DNA of 64,000 nucleotides from an uncultured delta proteobacterium (GTDB taxonomy: Bacteria; Myxococcota_A; Polyangia; Polyangiales; JAFGIB01), in contig CAVZVA010000009.1 of assembly GCA_963778655.1 (NCBI GenBank), positions 672,001 through 736,000 of the forward strand. Direction: 5' to 3'. Under the pieces are notes generated by a model, which was given only the letters and a program-made list of their open reading frames with translations, searched no databases and was not told the origin of the DNA. A program made the translations under genes and the position numbers. Positions 10,391 through 22,025 of this stretch are shown piece after piece (the first letter of the stretch is position 1; each line of letters opens with the position of its first letter).

Positions 10391-10780
10391 TCAGTCGTTG
10401 CACTGGCCGTCCGGGTCGCTGGTGACCTCGCCGCGCAGCGATTCGGTGTGCTGCAGCCAGGCTTCGGCGATGTCCTGTGGCACGCCGTGTCGCAAGAGCG
10501 CCTGGCGCAGCAGCTCTTTGCGGCGCGCGAATTGCCCGCCCATGATGCGGTGCCTGGCGTGCGCCTGGCGCAACGGACGGCCGCCGTAGCGCACCGGCCC
10601 TCCCAGGTGCTCGGCCGCGTGCTGGTACTCGAGCTCCTTGAGCCGCGCGCGGTCGATGTCGCGGAACATGAAGCCGATCATGATGTCGCTGGTCACCCGG
10701 TCGACGAAGTCGGAGACGATCGCACGCAGCGCGGGCTCGCCGCCCAGGCGTTCGTACATCGAGCTCATGCTCGAGAGCAT
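10391..10780 (-). CDS. Group I truncated hemoglobin (start may be 10768)
   Basis: SMYERLGGEPALRAIVSDF, LGGPVRYGGR.LRQAH. Confidence 0.88.
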   Translation of the reverse strand: MLSSMSSMYERLGGEPALRAIVSDFVDRVTSDIMIGFMFRDIDRARLKELEYQHAAEHLGGPVRYGGRPLRQAHARHRIMGGQFARRKELLRQALLRHGVPQDIAEAWLQHTESLRGEVTSDPDGQCND

Positions 10781-10784
10781 GGCC

Positions 10785-12365
10785 TCAAGTCGTGATCTTC
10801 GCCACGCTATAGCTGGCCAGCTCGCTGAGGTGGGCCAGCATGCCGGGATACTGCATCGCGATGGTGTGGAACGCGGCCGAGGGAAGGCGCAGCACCAGCA
10901 TGTTCGCCAGCGCCCGCACGCTCACGTCCGAGGGGTCCTGCGTGAGCAGGCTGGCCTGTCCGAACATGGTCCCGGTCTCATGCGTCTCGGCCGGGCGCTC
11001 GTCGCCGTAGCTCACCTCGAACGCGCCGGTGAGGTTCACGTACAGGCCGTCCATCAGCTTGCCGCGCTCGGCCAGCACCATGCCCATGGGCACGCGGCGG
11101 ATCTCGAACAGCTGCGCCAGCTCCTGGCGCCCGTGCCCGTCGAACTCCTGGAACAGCGGCGAGGACTGCAGCAGGTTGCCGAGCAGGCGTCGGGTGAGCA
11201 GCTCGAGCACGATCTCAGCCATCTGCGGGAACGCCGCGAGCAGGCTGTTGAGCACGTTGCGCGGGATCTTGAGCGCCGCCAAATGGCCACGCACCACCAC
11301 GTCGGCGTGGCGCTTCTCGCCCGCCAGCAGGCAGGCCTCCCCGAACACGTCGCCCTCCGCCAGCGTCATGCGCAGCTGCTGCCCCGGCACCATCACGTCC
11401 ACGCTGCCCTCGACGATGCCGTAGAGCGCGTCGGCCCGTTCGCCCTTGCGCACCACGGTCGCGCCGTCCTCGAGCTCGATCATCTCCGCGTGCTTGACCA
11501 GCTCGATCAGCGCCTGGTGCGGCAGCTCCGCGAACAGCGGAAACAGCGGCAGCTTGGACAGTGTGATGGCGTCGCGGTGAAGCGGGCGCACGCGGTCGCG
11601 GCCGGCGGGCGTGCGCGGCTCGAGCTCGGGCTCGGTCAGGCTGGGCCGTAACCCGCCGGCCGGAGGCGCGTTGGAGAAGCGCGTCTCGTTGGGCTTGACG
11701 TCGGGCGCGATAGTGAGCTCGTCGGCCAGCTCGAGCACTTCCACGGAGATGTCCTGCTCGCGCGAGCGCCGCGCAGGAGGCGCGGGCGACGCGCTGCGCT
11801 CGACGTCCGCGCCGCTGCTCTGGCGCTTGATCGCCGCCTTGACGCGCGTGAGCCCGCGCTCGCGCGTGGGCGGCGGCCTGACCGGGATCGGGGCGTCGTC
11901 CTCGGGCACGATCGCGGGGTGCCGCACCGCCACCGGCTCTTCGGGCAACAACGCCGGGTGCCGCGGCGCAGGATCGCTCACCGCCACCGCCGGGTGGGTC
12001 GCCGGGCGCAACGAGATCGCCTGCCGCTGCTCGCGGTGCAGCTTGCGCGCAGCCTCGGGGTCGATGCGCTCCAGCACGTCGATGCGCGTGGCGTCGATGT
12101 CGATGATGGTCTTGGCCATTGCCACCGCGCGCGCCAGGAAGCCCTGGTCGGCGTAGAGGTTGGCGGCGATCGTGTAGCTTTCGACCGCCTCGACGTTGCG
12201 GTTGCGCTTGCGGTACAGCTCGCCGCGCTTGTGCGGCCAGCGCGGCGCCTTGGGCTCGGCTTCGATCAGCTTGCCGAGCAGCTTGATCGCCTCGTCGTCC
12301 TTGCGCTTGGACAGGGCGGTTTCGAGCTTTTCGCGCAGCTTACGGACGTTCTTGTCTTCCGTCAT
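10785..12365 (-). CDS. TPR-like N-terminus + two cyclic-nucleotide-binding domains
   Basis: AANLYADQGFLARAVA helical repeat; LYGIVEGSV...EGDVFGE...RHADV; second domain GTMFGQ. Confidence 0.88.
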   Translation of the reverse strand: MTEDKNVRKLREKLETALSKRKDDEAIKLLGKLIEAEPKAPRWPHKRGELYRKRNRNVEAVESYTIAANLYADQGFLARAVAMAKTIIDIDATRIDVLERIDPEAARKLHREQRQAISLRPATHPAVAVSDPAPRHPALLPEEPVAVRHPAIVPEDDAPIPVRPPPTRERGLTRVKAAIKRQSSGADVERSASPAPPARRSREQDISVEVLELADELTIAPDVKPNETRFSNAPPAGGLRPSLTEPELEPRTPAGRDRVRPLHRDAITLSKLPLFPLFAELPHQALIELVKHAEMIELEDGATVVRKGERADALYGIVEGSVDVMVPGQQLRMTLAEGDVFGEACLLAGEKRHADVVVRGHLAALKIPRNVLNSLLAAFPQMAEIVLELLTRRLLGNLLQSSPLFQEFDGHGRQELAQLFEIRRVPMGMVLAERGKLMDGLYVNLTGAFEVSYGDERPAETHETGTMFGQASLLTQDPSDVSVRALANMLVLRLPSAAFHTIAMQYPGMLAHLSELASYSVAKITT

Positions 12366-12416
12366 GCTCGGGCGATCGGAGCGAGCGAGCGTTTCGGCTC
12401 CACGGGGCGGAGGCGC

Positions 12417-13397
12417 TCAACGCTGTCTGTATATCATACACGCGTGAGCCCGCGCCCCAAGCAGTGCGACGTGTGGGCTCATGACTACAACCACGGGAAT
12501 GCGCGCCAGCAGCGGCGACATGCGGCCCTTGTCCAGCAGCGCCCGCATGAACTCGCCGCGGCGCAGCCGCTCGAGCAGCTTGGGCGCGATGCCGCCGGCC
12601 ACGAACAGGCCGCCGGTCGGCAGCACCTTGAGCGCGAGGTTGCCGGCCTCGGCCCCGTAGAGCGCGACGAAGATCGACAGCGCACGCGCGCACGCTGCGT
12701 CGCTGCCATCGCTGCCTCTGCGCCCGATGACCTCCGCCGGATCGCCCTCGCGCATCTGCTGCTGCGTGTCCGGTGCCGCAGGGGCCAGCCCCTGCGCCAG
12801 CACGAAGGCGTGGATCGAGACCAGACCCGGTCCGGACACCGCGCGCTCCACCGACACCCGGCCGCCGTGACGCGCGCGCAAGAAGCGCAGCAGCGCGTCC
12901 TCGGTCTCGTTGCGCGGCGCGAAGTCCGCGTGTCCGCCCTCGCTCGCCAGCACGCGCAAGCTTCCGGCCGTGGGCACTGCGACCGCCTCGCCCAGCCCGG
13001 TGCCCGCGCCGATCAGCGCGATCGGGCCCTGCGGGTCGCGCTCGCCGGCCGCGAGCTCGGCGAGATCGTCCGGCCCTAGCTCGCCCACGCCGAGCGCGCT
13101 CGCCGCCAGGTCGTTGAGCAGGGCGGCCGGCGCGCCCAGCGCGCGGCCCAGCGCGCCCTCGGCCACTTGCCACGGCAGGTTTGTCAGCTGAACGCGACCG
13201 TCTCGGACCGGCCCGGCCACGGCGAAGGCGCAGGTATCGACGCGGCGGCCGTGCAGAAACTCGAGCGCCAGCGCCTCCAGGTCCGGGTAGTCAGCGCTGT
13301 GGAACCGGGCACGCTCGAGCTCCACCGGTTGCGGGTCGAGCCGGTACAGCCCGAGCTCGGTCTTGGTGCCGCCGATGTCGCCTGCCAGCACGCGCAT
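12417..13397 (-). CDS. glk: Glucokinase
   Basis: VLAGDIGGTKT, AVAGPV, LTNLPW, LLNDL, GAGTGLGEA, SEGGH, GGIAPK. Confidence 0.95.
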   Translation of the reverse strand: MRVLAGDIGGTKTELGLYRLDPQPVELERARFHSADYPDLEALALEFLHGRRVDTCAFAVAGPVRDGRVQLTNLPWQVAEGALGRALGAPAALLNDLAASALGVGELGPDDLAELAAGERDPQGPIALIGAGTGLGEAVAVPTAGSLRVLASEGGHADFAPRNETEDALLRFLRARHGGRVSVERAVSGPGLVSIHAFVLAQGLAPAAPDTQQQMREGDPAEVIGRRGSDGSDAACARALSIFVALYGAEAGNLALKVLPTGGLFVAGGIAPKLLERLRRGEFMRALLDKGRMSPLLARIPVVVVMSPHVALLGARAHACMIYRQR

Positions 13398-13465
13398 CGC
13401 TGCAACCATAGCGCGCTTTGCGGATCCCGCGAGTCAGCCGGCCGCAGGGGGCTTACTATGCACGC

Positions 13466-13915
13466 ATGCGCTCGCTCGGCGTCGATCCAGGGTCCCGTCG
13501 CATCGGGCTGGCCATTTCCGACGAGGACGGCTTGATCGCCTCGCCGCTGTCGACTCTGCAGGGCGGCGGCGATGTCGAGCGTGTCGCGCGCGCGCTGCTG
13601 GCCGAGGCCGGGCGGCTGCAAGCCCAGCGGCTGGTGGTCGGCCTGCCCCTGCGCCTGGACGGCAGCGAGGGCGAGGCCGCGCGCAGGTCGCGGCGGCTGG
13701 CCGAGCGCCTGAGGGCGCTGGGGGCGCCCGAGGTCGTGTTGTGGGACGAGCGGCTCAGCACCAAATCGGCCGAGCGCGCGCTGGGCGAGGCCGGCGTGCG
13801 CGGGAGCAAGCGCCGCGAACGCGTCGATCGCGTCGCTGCGGCCTTGATCCTGCAGGGCTACCTCGATGCGGAGCGCGAGCGGAAGCGAGATGGGGAAGAG
13901 ACGCACGAGCGCTGA
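13466..13915 (+). CDS. ruvX: YqgF/RuvX RNase H-fold nuclease
   Basis: LGVDPGSRRIGLAISD, VVGLP, WDERLST, VDRVAAALILQGYLD. Confidence 0.95.
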   Translation: MRSLGVDPGSRRIGLAISDEDGLIASPLSTLQGGGDVERVARALLAEAGRLQAQRLVVGLPLRLDGSEGEAARRSRRLAERLRALGAPEVVLWDERLSTKSAERALGEAGVRGSKRRERVDRVAAALILQGYLDAERERKRDGEETHER

Positions 13916-15035
13916 GCGCGGTGCGCGCGGGCGCGTGCGCCGGCGTTGGCTCGTGCGCAGCGCGTTGCTGCTCGTGCTGTGCGCGGCGGCGGTGCTGGCG
14001 GCCGTGGGCTGGCTGGTGATGGCCTATCCGGGACGCCCCGGCCCGGGCCGCGGGCGCCTGGTCGAGATCGAGATCGATCCCGCCCGCGGGCTCGAGCGCG
14101 TCGCCGGCCAGCTCGCGGCCGCGGGCGCGCTGGCGGAGCCGCGGCTGTTCGTGCTCTACGCGCGCGTGCTCGGTGCCGGCGGCGCGCTGCGCAGCGGCGA
14201 GGTTCTGGTCTACGACAACATGAGCCCCAAGCTGCTGCTGCGGCGCGTGGCCCGCGGCTACGGCCCGGTCGAGCTGCGGGTGGTGATCCCGGAGGGCTTC
14301 ACCCGCTTTGACATCGCGCAGCGGCTGGCGCGCTTCGGCGTGTGCGGACGCGAGGCCTTCCTGGCGGCCAGCGAGGATCCGCAGTTGCTGCACGAGCTTG
14401 CCCTCGACCCGCCCAACGCCGAGGGCATGTTGTTTCCCGACACCTACTTGCTGCAAGACGACATGGATCCGCGCGCGGTGGTGCGGCGGCTCGTACACAA
14501 CGCGCGCCGGCGCACCGACGCGCTTGCTGCCGAGCAACGGGCGGCCTTCGAGCGGCTGCACGCGGAGCTGGGCTGGGGCTTTCGCGAGGTGCTGATCCTG
14601 GCTTCGATCGTCGAGCGGGAGGCGGCGGTGCCGGCCGAGCAGCCGATGATCGCCGGGGTGTTTCTCAATCGCTTGCTCGACCCGAGCTTCACGCCCAAGC
14701 GCCTGCAGGCCGATCCGACCGTGGCGTATGGCTGTCTGGTCGATCCCGGATTGGCGTCGTGCGCGAGCTTCGACGGCCGCCAGATCACCCGCGCGATGCT
14801 GGCCGACCCGGCAAACCGCTACAACACCTACCGCATCGACGGGCTGCCGCCGGGGCCGATCTCGAATCCGGGCCTGTCCGCGTTACGCGCGGTGCTCGTT
14901 CCCGCGCACCACGACTACTTCTACTTCGTGGCCAAGGGCGGAGGCCTGCACACCTTCAGCCGCACCCTCGAGGACCACAACGCCGCAGTCGGCCAGGTCC
15001 GCGCCGCGCGCGCTGCCGCTGCCGCGGCGCCCTGA
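13890..15035 (+). CDS. mltG: Endolytic transglycosylase MltG (YceG family)
   Basis: N-terminal TM; IPEG, EGMLFPDTY, LASIVERE, LQADPTV, YNTY..GLPPGPISNPG, YFYFVA. Confidence 0.95.
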   Translation: MGKRRTSAERGARGRVRRRWLVRSALLLVLCAAAVLAAVGWLVMAYPGRPGPGRGRLVEIEIDPARGLERVAGQLAAAGALAEPRLFVLYARVLGAGGALRSGEVLVYDNMSPKLLLRRVARGYGPVELRVVIPEGFTRFDIAQRLARFGVCGREAFLAASEDPQLLHELALDPPNAEGMLFPDTYLLQDDMDPRAVVRRLVHNARRRTDALAAEQRAAFERLHAELGWGFREVLILASIVEREAAVPAEQPMIAGVFLNRLLDPSFTPKRLQADPTVAYGCLVDPGLASCASFDGRQITRAMLADPANRYNTYRIDGLPPGPISNPGLSALRAVLVPAHHDYFYFVAKGGGLHTFSRTLEDHNAAVGQVRAARAAAAAAP

Positions 15036-15087
15036 GCCACCCCGCCACGTCGGGCTCCAGGGCGCGGCTCCGCCGCATTGCGCACTC

Positions 15088-15149
15088 CGTCGTCGTAGGC
15101 GTGCTCGTAGTCGTGCGCGCGCGTGGTCGTCGCCGTGGCCGTGGTCGAC
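15088..15149. repeat. Degenerate CGT-NNN hexamer run (intergenic)
   Basis: CGTAGG CGTGCT CGTAGT CGTGCG ... CGTGGT CGTCGC CGTGGC CGTGGT. Confidence 0.55.
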
Positions 15150-15200
15150 CCGGCCGGGCCAAGGGCGCGCGGACGGGCGGCGTGGTGTAAGGTGGGTGGC

Positions 15201-16064
15201 GTGGGCGCTCCGACCTCTCCCAACATCCGCTGGCACCCCGGGCAGATCACACGCGCGCAACGCGAAGCCCTGCACGGGCACCGCGGCGTGGCGCTGTGGC
15301 TCACCGGCCTGTCCGGCTCCGGCAAGAGCACGCTGGCCCGCGCGCTCGAGAGCGCGCTGGTCGGCCGCGGCGTCTCCGCCTACGTGCTCGACGGCGACAA
15401 CGTGCGGCACGGGCTCAGCGACGACCTGGGTTTTTCCGCCGAGGACCGGAGCGAGAACATCCGGCGCATGGGCGAGGTCGCCAAGCTGTTCGTCGATGCG
15501 GCCGTGGTGGTGCTGTGTGCGTTCGTTTCGCCCTACCGCGCGGATCGCGCGCGCGCGCGCGCGCTGCTCGGGGACGGCGATTTCGTCGAGCTTTACGTGA
15601 AGGCCTCGCTCGAGGCCTGCCGTGCCCGCGACCCAAAGGGTCTCTACGGCAAGGCCCAGAGCGGTGAAATTTCGGACCTGACCGGCGTGGGCTCCCCCTA
15701 CGAGCCTCCCGAGCATCCCCAATTGGTGCTAGACACCGAGCAGCAGGAGCTGGCGCAGAGCGTGGCCACGGTGCTCGGATTCCTCGAGGCCCACGGCTAC
15801 ATCCCTGGCGCGCGCTCGGCGGATTCCAGCATAGCAACCAGGGCAGGATGGGAGACGAGTCCGAGACGACGCAGGTCCGGCGCCCGGTGCGCCGCCGCAA
15901 TCCCGAGGAGAGCCGGCGGCGAATCCTCGACGCGGCCGAGCGCGCATTTGCGCTGCGCGGCTTCGGCGGCGCCCGCCTGCGCGACATCGCGCAGGAGGCC
16001 GGCGTGCACCACGCGCTGGTGCACCACTACTACGGCGACAAGCGCGGCCTGCTGCAGGAGGTGA
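15201..16064 (+). CDS. cysC: Adenylyl-sulfate kinase, with a long C-terminal read-through into the next gene
   Basis: [41 protein letters not shown]; conserved part ends near 15805 but the stop is at 16064. Confidence 0.92.
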   Translation: MGAPTSPNIRWHPGQITRAQREALHGHRGVALWLTGLSGSGKSTLARALESALVGRGVSAYVLDGDNVRHGLSDDLGFSAEDRSENIRRMGEVAKLFVDAAVVVLCAFVSPYRADRARARALLGDGDFVELYVKASLEACRARDPKGLYGKAQSGEISDLTGVGSPYEPPEHPQLVLDTEQQELAQSVATVLGFLEAHGYIPGARSADSSIATRAGWETSPRRRRSGARCAAAIPRRAGGESSTRPSAHLRCAASAAPACATSRRRPACTTRWCTTTTATSAACCRR

Positions 16065-16516
16065 TCCAGCGCGGGCTCGAACGCATATCGCAAGCGGGCC
16101 GTGAGGCGCTGGCCGCGCCGGCGACCTTGGAGAGCGCCGTGCGCGGATTCGTGGGCGTGCTGTTCGACTTCTGCGCCAACAACCGCGGGCTGCTGCGCAT
16201 CATCGAGGATGCTGTGCGCAACCGGGACGTGGTGTCCTTCGACGTGACGCAGGCCGCGCTCGCAGCGCTGGCCGGCCCAGTGCTGGCGCGCATCAAGAGC
16301 GCGATCGAGCTGGGTCAGAAGGGCGGCACGGTGCGCGTAGACCTGTCGGCCGATTCGCTGATCCTGCTCGGCTTCGGCGCCATCGTGTACCGCTTCGACA
16401 CCGCCGAGAGCGTGCTGACCGCGATGGGCTTGCCCGAGCGCACCGAGCAGAACCTCACCGCGGACCGCGAGCACGCGATCAAGTACGTGCTCTCCGCGAT
16501 GCGCCCGCCGAGATAG
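15848..16516 (+). CDS. TetR/AcrR family transcriptional regulator
   Basis: [46 protein letters not shown]. Confidence 0.92.
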   Translation: MGDESETTQVRRPVRRRNPEESRRRILDAAERAFALRGFGGARLRDIAQEAGVHHALVHHYYGDKRGLLQEVIQRGLERISQAGREALAAPATLESAVRGFVGVLFDFCANNRGLLRIIEDAVRNRDVVSFDVTQAALAALAGPVLARIKSAIELGQKGGTVRVDLSADSLILLGFGAIVYRFDTAESVLTAMGLPERTEQNLTADREHAIKYVLSAMRPPR

Positions 16517-16529
16517 CAACCCCTCCCGT

Positions 16530-17684
16530 CTATCGAGCCAGCGCCAGCGGGCTCCGGCCCTGATTCGCGCTCAGCAGCGGCTCGCCGCCCTCGTCGTCCT
16601 CCGGGGTCTTGAGCTCCTCGTAATCGCGCCGCGGATGCGGGTGGTCCTGCCGCCGCTCGCAACGCAGGCCCTTGGGACGCGCTTCGTCGGGCATCCACTG
16701 GGCGCGCCGAATCGGCGGCATCCAAGCGGGGAAATTCGGCACCGTGGGTCGAAACAGCGGCAGCGGATCGCAGTTGTGGCCGTCGTGGATCAGCTCGAAG
16801 TGCACGTGCGGGCCCATGCTGTGACCGGTGCTGCCGAGCTCCGCGATCGGCTGTCCCTGGCGCACGTGCTCGCCCGGGACCACCAGCACGCGTTGGTTGT
16901 GCGCGTAGAGCGTGACGAAGCCGCCGGGGTGCACCAGCAGCACCAGCGTGCCGTAGCCGCGCAGCTCATTGCTGGCGTAGCCGACCACGCCCGGCGCGGC
17001 CGCGAGCACCGGGCTGCCGCGCGGTCCGTCGATGTCGACCGCCAGGTGGTAGCCGTTCGGTCCGGAGCCGAAGCCGCGCCCAAACATGCCGGCGCGCACC
17101 GGCCACAGCAGCGTGCCGGTGTAGCTCGACACGCCGCGGCTCGCCTCCTCGACCCATTCCGGCTCGGGCTCGCCCGCCCACAGCTCGGAGGCGGCCTGGC
17201 GGTTGCCCAGACCGAGCTGAAACGCGTGCATCATGGCCGCGTAGCGCCGACGCTCGGCCGGTGTCGAGCCGCGCAACGCGAGCGGCAAGCGTTCGTAGAA
17301 GCTCCAGCGCTCGGCGTGGTCGTGCTGGGCCGCGAGCTGCATCGCGCGCGGTCCGCGCAGGCCGTAGCGCGCTTCGAGCTGAAAGCCCGTCACGCCCGAG
17401 AGCCCCAGCACGCCCGCCACGCACAAGCCGAGCGCCCTCGCCGTCCAGGCCGGCAGCGAGAGCGAGCGCGCCCCGAGCCCGTCGTCGGGCACCAACAACA
17501 CGGTGAGCGGCCCGCGTCGCCTGCGAGGCTGCGCGCGGCTCGCGGCGTGGTCGCGAGCCGCGCGCTTCGCCTGCGCCCGCGCCTGATGTGCGGAGCGGGC
17601 GTCGCGCACCCACGCCGGCTCGCAGTCCTCGATCGAGATTGGGGGCAGCGAGGGCATCGGGATGATGCTGTTCGAAAGCGACAT
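16530..17684 (-). CDS. Membrane-anchored M23 family metallopeptidase
   Basis: Cytoplasmic N-terminus + TM; LLWPV, HLAVDI, TLYAHN, GSTGHSMGPHVHFE. Confidence 0.9.
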   Translation of the reverse strand: MSLSNSIIPMPSLPPISIEDCEPAWVRDARSAHQARAQAKRAARDHAASRAQPRRRRGPLTVLLVPDDGLGARSLSLPAWTARALGLCVAGVLGLSGVTGFQLEARYGLRGPRAMQLAAQHDHAERWSFYERLPLALRGSTPAERRRYAAMMHAFQLGLGNRQAASELWAGEPEPEWVEEASRGVSSYTGTLLWPVRAGMFGRGFGSGPNGYHLAVDIDGPRGSPVLAAAPGVVGYASNELRGYGTLVLLVHPGGFVTLYAHNQRVLVVPGEHVRQGQPIAELGSTGHSMGPHVHFELIHDGHNCDPLPLFRPTVPNFPAWMPPIRRAQWMPDEARPKGLRCERRQDHPHPRRDYEELKTPEDDEGGEPLLSANQGRSPLALAR

Positions 17685-17691
17685 GACGGGT

Positions 17692-17853
17692 TTACAGCAC
17701 GGCCGTGAACAGTCCTGCCTGCCAGCCGAGCCACGCTGCGCTCGCGGCGGCGCACGCCGCGAGCAACAGCGCAGCGCACAGCCGGGCCGGGCTCAGCCGG
17801 AGGCTGCGAGCGGGCCGCCCATCGGCCCCGAGGATGACCAACGTGAGACGCAC
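17692..17853 (-). CDS. Uncalled 53-aa single-TM peptide MRLTLVILGADGRPARSLRLSPARLCAALLLAACAAASAAWLGWQAGLFTAVL
   Basis: GTG 2 nt after the bactofilin stop, TAA 7 nt before the M23 ATG; fills the gap exactly; below the ORF-track size cutoff. Confidence 0.72.
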   Translation of the reverse strand: MRLTLVILGADGRPARSLRLSPARLCAALLLAACAAASAAWLGWQAGLFTAVL

Positions 17854-17855
17854 GC

Positions 17856-18272
17856 TCAGCTGCTCGTTGCGAACGGGGCCGGACGTTGGGTAGGCGTGCG
17901 GTTCGTGCCATTGAGCTCGACCGCAGCCTTGCGCTCGTCGCCGTCGCCGTGCAGAGCCTGCCCGTCGATTACCGCCCCGCGGTCAACCTGCAAGGTGCCG
18001 TATTGCACCTCGCCGTGAACGCTGCCGCTGGAAGCGACGTGCAGGTGCTTCTTCGCGGTGACCTTGCCGTCGACGCGGCCCGCGACCACCAAGTCGTCGG
18101 CTATGAGCTCGCCCATCACGCGGCCGTTGGGGCCGACCGACACGTGGCCCTCGACCTCGAGCGTGCCGTCGATGGTTCCGTCGATCTGAATGCGTCCGCT
18201 GGCTTTGACATGACCTTCGATGGTCGCGCCGCGACCGATGACCGTGGGGTCAGCTGGTTTGCTCCCAAACAT
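17856..18272 (-). CDS. Bactofilin (polymer-forming cytoskeletal protein)
   Basis: TVIGRGATIEGHV, IQIDGTIDG, VSVGPNGRVMGE, LVVAGRVDGKV, LQVDRGAVIDG; MFGSK N-terminus; SD GGAGGT. Confidence 0.95.
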   Translation of the reverse strand: MFGSKPADPTVIGRGATIEGHVKASGRIQIDGTIDGTLEVEGHVSVGPNGRVMGELIADDLVVAGRVDGKVTAKKHLHVASSGSVHGEVQYGTLQVDRGAVIDGQALHGDGDERKAAVELNGTNRTPTQRPAPFATSS

Positions 18273-18280
18273 GAAACACC

Positions 18281-18333
18281 TCCCGAGTAATTTTCATGAG
18301 ATAACAATCATACAGCATTAGTGTTACTCGGGA
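18281..18333. promoter_or_regulatory. Inverted repeat TCCCGAGTAA...TTACTCGGGA bracketing an AT-rich promoter (minus-strand TATGAT) and overlapping the bactofilin SD
   Basis: Seen directly. Confidence 0.55.
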
Positions 18334-18420
18334 AGAGGAAAGCGCAATCCCGGATCGACTCGGGTGCGCAGCTGTGGGGACGGCGGGACCCCGGCGAGCA
18401 CACGGAACGCGCTCGGCACG

Positions 18421-18440
18421 ATCTCATAACGGCATGAGAT
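18421..18440. promoter_or_regulatory. Perfect palindrome ATCTCAT-N6-ATGAGAT, candidate TF site
   Basis: Half-site ATGAGAT recurs at 18296-18302. Confidence 0.5.
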
Positions 18441-18473
18441 TACTTGCGAATCTTGTGCAGAACCGGGAGCGCC

Positions 18474-19094
18474 CTAGAACACGCGGTCGAGCGCCAGCGT
18501 GAGCACCAAGCGGCCTTCCCGGATCTCCAGCGCGCGCGGGTGGAGCGCTTCTATCAGGGCCGCCGGCAGCCGTTGCCGCAGGGCCCAGCGCACCTCGGGC
18601 ACGCCGCGCAGGTCCACGAACAGCGTGGCGTGCTCGCGGCTGACCACGACGCTTCCCGGCTCCGAGCGCGGCGCGCGCGCCAGCGCCGTCCGCCACAGCC
18701 CGCGCGCAATCTCGGTGGCGATCGCAGCCATCACTTCCTGCCCGCGCGGCTCGAGCGCGCTCTGCTCCGGCTCCACCGCGAAGCTCAGCTCCTTGGCACC
18801 GCCGGGTGCGAACGCCATGCCCGCGGGCGCCAGCGTCATCGCCAGGCGCTTGCCGTCGTCGAAGCTCGCGTCCACGCGCAACTTGCCGCGGCCGCTGCTG
18901 ACGGTGGCGGCCACCATTCCGGGCAGGCGCGCCACCGCGCGCGTCAGCTGCGCGTCGCCGATCGCGATCCGCACCGGGCTGACCTCGCTCAGCACGCGCT
19001 GCAGCGCAGTAGACAGCGGCAGCCCGCGCACGCCGGCTCCCGCGGAGCGCGCGGTGCTGCGCAGCAGGCTCTTGAGCACGTCGAGCCGGCTCAT
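18474..19094 (-). CDS. Hypothetical protein
   Basis: 206 aa, protein-like composition, 7 nt downstream of the radical SAM gene. Confidence 0.7.
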   Translation of the reverse strand: MSRLDVLKSLLRSTARSAGAGVRGLPLSTALQRVLSEVSPVRIAIGDAQLTRAVARLPGMVAATVSSGRGKLRVDASFDDGKRLAMTLAPAGMAFAPGGAKELSFAVEPEQSALEPRGQEVMAAIATEIARGLWRTALARAPRSEPGSVVVSREHATLFVDLRGVPEVRWALRQRLPAALIEALHPRALEIREGRLVLTLALDRVF

Positions 19095-19101
19095 GGCCGC
19101 T

Positions 19102-21936
<2,835 letters not shown>

Positions 21937-22025
21937 GGCAACCCGATGCTCTGCGGCATCCCCACCCGCCTGTCAACCGCCGCAGCGCGCGGCCGCTCCG
22001 AAGCCAACCGGACGGCGCCGCGCGC

